Below are positions 39,401 to 48,400 of a stretch of DNA of 64,000 nt, piece after piece (position 1 is the first letter of the stretch; each line of letters opens with the position of its first letter). A program made the translations under genes and the position numbers. Origin of the DNA: Mytilus californianus (lineage: Eukaryota); contig NW_026262581.1 in the NCBI RefSeq assembly GCF_021869535.1, forward strand, positions 128,712,001-128,776,000, in the 5' to 3' direction. A model generated the notes under the pieces. The model was given only the letters and a program-made list of their open reading frames with translations. It did no database searches and was not told the DNA's origin.

Positions 39401-42400
39401 ATACCTCTGTTATAAGAGAGCAATCATGTTGTCACAGGTGCATTTTGTGTGTGCACATATCTATTTCACTAAATTTGGTTCAATACATATCTTATAAATT
39501 TCAATATAAACATTGAATAGATGTATAGATCTTTTACGTGATTTTTAAAATATAATTATTTTTTTTGTCTTAAGGCATACAAAATCTTTTAATTGCCATC
39601 CTTTTATGATTCTTTGTTTAATTTGTATTTAGTTTATATTGTTTTATCAATTCACTTTATTTTAAGAAGGGTAACTTAAAACAGGATTAAACAGGGGAAG
39701 TAACCCGAAATTTCTATGAAGTGTTTTGCTTGAAGCAAAAGTCGTTAATGATCGTTAATTAGTACTATGTTTGACACCCAAGCTGTCAAGTGAAGCCATT
39801 TAATTTCACATGGTCAATGATTTACAGGTAAAACAACCCTCATAATGAGACAAAAATGTAATTAATGTTGACTTGTCATTCAAGGTTAAAATATCCCAAA
39901 GCGGGAGATTCTATACTCCCGCAAGGGAGGGTACCGGCAAGCGGGAGATTTCCCGAATTTCGCCATTTGAGCGGGAGTCTCCTGCTCAAAACGGGAGGGT
40001 TGGCAGGTATGGTTATTTAGATAAAACCAACATGCTTGTTCATTTGTTACAAATGCTCAATCAATAAGTTGACTTTAAAAGACATTGACATTTTACAGGT
40101 GTTTGTATTCATTTGTTTATTTAGACCAAAATAGTTAAAAAGCCTTTTATTGCATTCAGAGTTATGGATACGATTTTCAAGGAAAGATTTTTTTTCAGAT
40201 CGATACATCAACTTATGATGCAAGCATTACGGTAAAAAGTACATTTTTCAAAGCTTTCATTTACTCTCCAAAAATAGCATGTACTTGCTGGTTCAGTCAG
40301 CAAGAAATCTTTAAAGATTTACAAATCTGCTGCTTTTGCATCTGGTTTTACTTAGAAGTGAAAGCAAAATGTATACCTATGCATACAAGACAGGTCAGGG
40401 TATGGCCTTCTGTAAACTGTTCTTACTTAGAACGTACATGGATTATTAAAAAAAAATTTTTTGTACTGTATTTGTCGCATACTTCTGTAACAAAGGCAGG
40501 TTTACATTCATTAACTTATAAGCTAACTGAAGATTCTTATTAAGACAACGGCAAAAGCAAGATGATGATAAATGAAAAATGATTCACTTTTAGTTCTCAT
40601 TTCCTCAAGAAAGAAAAGACATAATTTCATTTTTGAATAAATTTTAGGACAACTTATGGTATACCCGGTATATACAAATACATCTTTTGATATGATTACT
40701 TTCATTTCCCACCAAAATTTGTAAAATGATATTCCTCTAAACAATGATGCATGATTTAGCCTGCAGGTAGGGTGGTCCATTAAAGTAAAGAAAATGCCCT
40801 TTCTAATGACTTCACTATACTTTACATATTTTTATTTATGCATATTTCTTGACACCAGTTGACAAAACTTAAAAGTCACTTCCAGTTCAATTGACAATGA
40901 AATGTCATCAAATACTATTTATACCGAAATGTTTTGTGAAATATATATTTTTCACTATTTCATAATCCTTTTGGTTTTTTTCCTCTTCTTGTTTGCATGA
41001 TGTTGCCTATTCTGAAGGGTATTTTATCTCCCAAAGGGTCCATCACTGCTGCAAGCTCTGTTATTTGTGTCAGTATACATTCCAAATAACAGACCCACGT
41101 TTATGGAAAAAGACTTACAGATTCATTGAGAATGAATACCCAATATCATAACTGTACATTTGCTTTAATGTGTAATGCATATTTTTTACAGTTTGGTGAT
41201 TCCCAGAAGTTAAGATTAGTGAGGATTCTCCGTAGTACAGTAATGGTTCGAGTCGGAGGAGGATGGGTGGCACTGGATGAATTCCTCGTCAAGAATGATC
41301 CTTGTAGAGGTAGGTCTTACAAAATTTATTATTTTAAGCAAAAGGTTCATGGGGTTTAACATACTAAGTCACATATTAACATTGATGGGTAAGGGTTATA
41401 TTGATAATCAATGCAGAATGTTTTAACATGTTTATCATAAGTATTCAAGATCTTCTAATGATAAAATTCAAGGGTAGTGCTCACTGTATACAACACTTTA
41501 TAACCTCAGTGCAACTGGTAGATTACAACACTTTATAACCTCAATGCAACTGGTAGATTTGGGAAGATGCTTTATATTTGAAATAAACATAATCAGCTTA
41601 ATATTTCTATAAAAACTAGCAGCGATATGCAATACATTTATATTCTCCTGCAAATCTATATCTTCATTTCATGTATGCCATTATTCTTATTTCTGTAAAT
41701 CATGTATGTGATATGGCTATATAAAAAGTGCTGTACATTTTGTTTGGCTGAGTACACATGTATTGCACGACATGTATAGACAGTATATATGACATGTTTA
41801 TATTCTAAACACAGACCTTAGTGAACACTTTGAGTCTTGTCCAGTTTGTAAGTAGATACAACGTTCCCAATGGCCAAGTTTAGTTTGTCACTTCAGTTCT
41901 TTTCATTTTTTATGGTGGAAGTCACAATATATATTGAATTTTTATTTGCATGCTATTATTCCGATAATTGTCCAAGGAGTTCATACTGCACATTGCACAT
42001 AACTAAAATATTGCATGATGTTAATTTTGCACTCAAGTATGTCTTACATGTGATATGAAATAAAACATTCAATTTTTAAATGTATTTTTTTTTGTCTTAA
42101 TAATAAACTATACAGGAAACTCATTTAGGCCATTATAAAAAATGATACCTAGATTCTCATCCAGCTTTTTTTTTAAATTGGTTTGTTGCAAGTTGATATT
42201 TTTTGCCAATTTTGGAAAAAATTCCTACCAAAATAAAAGATAATAGGTAGAAATCAAAACAATATTTTTTTTTTGGCTAATAAAAATTCAGGGCAAGGGG
42301 AGGAGAATCTAGTGAAAAAAATTATTATGCCCTTAAAAAGATTTTTTTTTTAAATATTCATCTTTAGGTAAATAGAAATCCAAGGCATTTGGACGGAATT

Positions 42401-45400
42401 GTACAGTTCATTTGAAAAAATTGTTCTTACTCATATTACATAAGAACAATAAATCTCATGTATGTTATCAAGTCATTATATGATTTCATTCAATAAAGTT
42501 TTCACACCATTATATATCATCATAGTTCTATATTATCCTTGATAGCAGTATGAATCCTTGACATTATATATAAATTTCCTCCGATATTGAGGGCAATCAT
42601 TTATTTTGCTTGTATTCTTCAATGTTGCTTCTTTTTCTTTCCACAAGTGGGACTGCGGAGACGAATCCGTTTCAAAGTTGCAGTAGTAAACCCAGAGGAC
42701 CTCAGTATGTCTGGCATCTTGTTTTATATTAATGTTGTCTTGCCAGAGTTATTTCCCTTTATATGTTGTGAATAATTGTTGGTATTTTTCAATTTGCTTT
42801 TTCGCTGGAATGGTTACTTGCTTCCCATGCTAGTTAATAAATTTTGAATGATTAAAGTTTACTTTATGTTTAAATTTTTATTTTTTGAATGGATATGCTG
42901 TTTTAGTAGTTTAGTAAAAGCTTATTATTTTGAGAAGGAAATTTTTATATTTTAGTGGAAGGAAATTTTAATAAACAAATCTAAATCATTTGCAGCATTA
43001 GCAATTTTTACTAAGTAGAAAAGTGGGTTAAAGTTGCTTAAATGTGTTCAAAGAAACATAGGAATGAGAAAAGCAAATAGTATTTGAATGTTATTATGCA
43101 TGAAATTAGCTCAGAAAGGTTAAACTACTTTGATCGCTGTGATTTTCAAGGTGATGAACCATGTATGACACCTCATTCATAATGGTAACAAAACCAAGGA
43201 TTGATGGAGTTAGACATCATTTATATTCAGTTTCCCTTTCAGCTTTGAATTGATGTTGTTCCAGACTAACATTGTATACTAGAAATCCTGATAACAGTAA
43301 CATTCAGAAAAATGTTGTTTGTATTTTATACACTGATTACTTTCCCATGTTGACTAACTGATATGTTGCCTGACCATGTTGACTAACTCATATGTTTCCT
43401 GACCTTGTTGACTTACTGATATGTTGCCTGACCATGTTGGCTTACTGATATGTTGCCTGACTTACCTTGTTGACTAACTCATATATTTCCTGACCTTGTT
43501 GACTTACTGATATGTTGCCTGACTTACCTTACTGACATATTGCCTGACCTTGTTGACTAACTGATATGTTGGCTGACCATGTTGACTTGCTGATATATTG
43601 CCTGACCATGTTGACTTACTGATATATTGCCTGACCTTGTTGAATTACTGATTGATTGCCTGACCCTGTTGACTTACTGATATGTTGCCTGACAATGTTG
43701 ACATACTGATATGTTCCCTGACCACGTTGACTTACTGATATGTTGCCTGACCATGTTGACTTACTGATTTATTGCCTGACCATATTGACTTAATGATATA
43801 TTGCCTGACCATGATGACTTACTGATATGTAGACTGACCATGTTTGCTTACTGATATGTTGCCTGTCCATGTTGACTTACTGATTGATTGCCTGACCATG
43901 TTGACTTACTGATTTATTGCCTGACCATATTGACTTAATGATATATTGCCTGACCATGTTGACTTACTGATATGTTGCCTGACCATGTTGGCTTACTGAT
44001 ATGTTGCCTGACCATATTGACTTAATGATATATTGCCTGACCATATTGACTTAATGATATATTGCCTGACCATGTTGGCTTACTGATATATTGCCTGTCC
44101 ATGTTGACTTACTGATTGATTGCCTGACCATGTTGACTTACTGATATATTGCCTGATGTATTGCCTTATCATGTTGACTTACTAATATATACTGCACTAT
44201 GTTGACATACTTATGAATTGCCTGGCCATGTTGACCTACTGATATATTGCCTGGCCATGTTGACCTACTGATATATTGCCTGTCCATGTTGACTTAATGA
44301 TATATTGCCTGTCCATGTTGACATACTTATGAATTGCCTGGCCATGTTGACCTACTGATATATTTCTGTACTAAGATACCAGTCATGTTATAGAATGTAC
44401 TATTTTTACAACTCCTGTATTATGATGACTTTCATGTGCAACAAATTATAAGTTTTAAATTTGAGAAGATGTTTAAATTGTTTGCTAGTTAGAATTTTAC
44501 TTTGTTCAAATATGAATCCAAAAATGGAAGTTATCTTAACAGCTGTAAGAAAATTGAAATTTCTGTGATTGTTTTTATTGAATAAAATTTAGCATAGAAA
44601 ATTAAGTTGAAATGTTATTTAATGATTATTATATTTACAGCTAAAGGAAGAACAAATATTGAATTGAGAGAACAATTTATCCTTGCCCAAGGTGTCAGTC
44701 AATCTATGACAGGATTTACAGCTAAAAGTCCAAGTGGCAGTTCTTATTCTGGTAGCTCTACACATTCTGCAGGAACATGGAGCACACGATCACCAAGTTC
44801 TGCTACTGGACCCATTACCAAGGTTAGTATAAATTGGGGCTAGTGATGATGAAATATCTGAATTTTTTTTTTTCATTATTCAAACATTTAGGCTTTCTTG
44901 ATGACTAAAAGTTTTTCATTATGAATAATAAGGTTAAAGGACAGTAAGGTCTGTACCACAGCTTCATTATTGAGAAACAATTTGAACTTAAAAAGTTCTT
45001 CACATTGTTTTGGATCATGAACCACCAAGTACTGCCACAAGATCCATACCAAAGGTGAGTCTAGTTACAAGTCAAAGTGACAGTTTTTAACTCCAATCAC
45101 CAAGTACTGCCACAAGATCCATTACAAAGGTGAGTCTAGTTACAAGTCTTAGTGACAGCTTCTAACTCCAATCACCAAGTCCTGCCACAAGATCCTTTAC
45201 AAAGGTGAGTCTAGTTACAAGTGTTAGTGAAAGTTTCTTACTCCAATCACCAAGTACTGCCACAAGATCCATTACAAAGGTGAGTCTAGTTACAAGTCTT
45301 AGTGACAGTTTCTAACTCCCAATAACCAAGTACTGCCACAAGATCCATTACAAAGGTGAAACTAGTTACAAGTCTAAGTGACAGTTTCTTACTCCAATCA

Positions 45401-48400
45401 CCAAGTACTGCCACAAGATCCATTACAAAGGTGAGTCTAGTTACAAGTCTTAGTGACAGTTTCTTACTCCAATCACCAAGTACTGCCACAAGATCCATTA
45501 CAAAGGCGAGTTTAGTTACAAGTCTTAGTGACAGTTTCTTACTTCAATCACCAAGTACTGCTACAAGATCCATTACAGAGGCGAGTCTAGTTACAAGTCT
45601 TAGTGACAATTTCTTACTCCAATCACCAAGTATTGCCACAAGATCCATTACAGAGGCGAGTCTAGGTACAAATGTTAGTGACAGTTTCTTACTCCAATAC
45701 ATCAACATATTCACTGAGATGAGGGATTATTTGATCTCCAAGTTTTACACTAGAACCTATTACTGACTACACTAGAACCTATTACTGACTACACTAGAAC
45801 CTATTACTGACAGTAAGGAAAGTTATAAGTCTTAAATTCAAGTTTTTCTAATTGTTTGATGCTTGAATTGTAAAACAATCAAACAGGTGCTTAAAGAATA
45901 TGCTGTAAATGCAAAACAATGTGTACATCTAAATACTAATAAATACAATGTATCAATAAGATATTTGATGAATAATTACTATTAAATTGAACAGATTCAA
46001 ATATTTTTTGGCTTCGTTGGATCTCTAAATCATGAAGAAAATTCTCCAAGCCATACTAATCTGAATTAAGTATCTCTACTACTGGTAAATGGTCTTGTTC
46101 TGTGAAATATTTTTTCATGATTATTTAATTTCTGTTAATGCAATCAGAGGCATAGGAAAAGGAATTCCCTTGCTGTTCCAAGGGTAAGCTAACTATAAAT
46201 ATTTAACATGTCAAGATGATTTCAATGTAGTGTTAGTTTTTTCAATTTTGTGCTTTAAACAAATCAAGATCATTTCAGGCGACCTCATATTTGTTTATAG
46301 TTTTATCATAAAGGTTTTACTTGAAATTTTTTCAGATATTAAAATAAAAAACTTTATGATTCATTGTAATACAATTTTGACAAAGGAAGAAATAAGATTC
46401 TTTACTCATTAAACGTTTAATACTAATGTTTATTTCCAACATTTAAATTAATGCAGCAGAGGACAAGGAGAGCTCTCTCCGTACCGAGTGTAAGTAGTCT
46501 ATTGGTTTGGATGATGTATACGTTATATAAGGAGGATAAACATGCAAACATATGTTGACATGTTATTAAAGTTTTCACACATTACATGTTGCCATCTCTT
46601 CATGCTAGGATACAGTAACCTGTTACACTGGATTAGAAGTGAAGACTTGAGAAGTTGTAGGGACCATGGGAAATTTGTTCATAAGATATCAAGCCTTCAG
46701 AACATTGTCATGTAACATATAAAACAAAAACGAACTCAAGTTGACTTTTAAACGAACTTTATTTATCTGATCTATTTATAACTCTCTACTTTCACTTTTC
46801 TTTATTTCTCTCACCCAGAGCAATTCACATTGTGACGTCAAATTTAATGTACCAAACTTTGTGTTTCAGTACTTGATTTCTGTATGTAAATTGTCCTAAT
46901 CACACCTGTCTTCAGGCGAAACATGTCGACCAGCATTTAAAAAAAAATGCAGTCTAATGAAGTGTTGTTGTCACATTGGCTCTTTATTTGAAAATATTTT
47001 TTAAATTTATTGACAACCCTGCATACCAAAGTATCCACTTAAGGAGTCTATAAGAAAAGTAAACACAACAGCATTGGTTCACCCCATTGAGTTTTTTTTT
47101 TTTACCTAGGAAGAAATAGAATTCTAAACTCATTTAACGTTTAATACTTATGTTCATTTCCAACATTTAAATTAATGCAGCAGAGGACAAGGAGAGCTCT
47201 CTCCGTACCGAGTGTAAGTAGTCTATTGGTTTGGGTGATGTGTACGTTATATAAGGAGGATAAACATGCAAACATCTGTAGACACGATGTTAAAGCTTGC
47301 ACACATGTTGTCATCTCTTTGAAATCATACAGTCAAATTCTGTAAAACTTAATTTGGTAAAACAAGAGTTTGGTCTCCTAAAGAAATGTTTAATGTTTTT
47401 TAATTGTGGTATTGAGCATGGTCTCAGAAAGCAATATGTGTTAAAATATACATACGGTATGGGTTTCTCTCATTGTTGAAGGCTGTAGGTTGCCTATAAT
47501 TGCTTACACCCACTTCATTTGACCTTTGGTGGATAGTTGTCTCATTGGCAATCATACCACATTTCCTTATTTTTAATTAGACTTGTTACATTTAAGAGGC
47601 TTATGTTACATCTTTGCTTTATCTTACTGTGGTCCTGATCTCCTGTTTTTATGCCCCCGCCGTAGCGGAGGGGGCATTAAGTTTTACCCTTGTCTGTCTG
47701 TACGTCCGTCCGTCTGTACATAACTCTGTACGTACGTCTGTACGTCCAAAAGTTGGTTTCCGTTCTCTAACTTTAGTTTGCCTCAACCAAATGTTATGAA
47801 ACTTATACAAAATGCTTATTACCACAAAACACAGATCAAGAATGAATTTTTGTGGCGTCACTTTAACTGTTCTAGAGTTATGCCCCTTTACAAATGGAAA
47901 AATTGCTGAATTTTTCGTTTCCGTTCTCTAACTTTAGTTTGCCTCATCCAAATATTATGAAACTTATACACAATGCTTATTACCACAAAACACAGATCAA
48001 GTTTGAATTTGGTTAGTTTTACCGTTCTTCAGTTAAGTCCCTTTATAACTTTATATGATATGCAAGCAGGGGCATCATCTGTTTCCCATGTTAATAATAC
48101 AATTAAATAGCTGATTATCAGAACTATTAATGATTAACATGATGGCACAGTTCATTCAAAAACATTTTTACATTTTCTTATTCAAATGTTTCTTTGACAG
48201 AAATGAAGTATCTTAAATTTATATCTACAGATAAGAGAGAAAACCCAGTACCCAACACCATGGCGACAACGGATGAAAAACAGCCCTGACGTTGAAGTAC
48301 GACAGATAATGTCTGGTGATAGGATGAGTAAACCTAAAGTCAGCAGAGATATCATGAAAAGCCCAGGTCAGTATAGGCTTACAGGTCTTCAAAAACAAAT

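Larger units (their letters stand above)
46384..47334 (+). repeat. About 230-bp direct segmental duplication (46384-46616 and 47108-47334) carrying microexon B
   Basis: 79-bp identical core, diverged flanks, offset 724. Confidence 0.9.

Noticed and set aside
40356-40393. AG...GT-bounded 38-nt segment in the GAR intron
   Set aside because: Stop at the second codon and frameshifting; could be a poison exon, but nothing supports it beyond the splice dinucleotides
43346-44364. Short regular repeats resembling a CRISPR array
   Set aside because: Head-to-tail units with no unique spacers, no cas genes, eukaryotic intron; the same applies to the 75-bp and 35-bp arrays
45356-45766. 136-aa ORF of 25-aa Ser/Thr repeats as an alternative terminal exon
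   Set aside because: No acceptor places it in frame with the w49 donor
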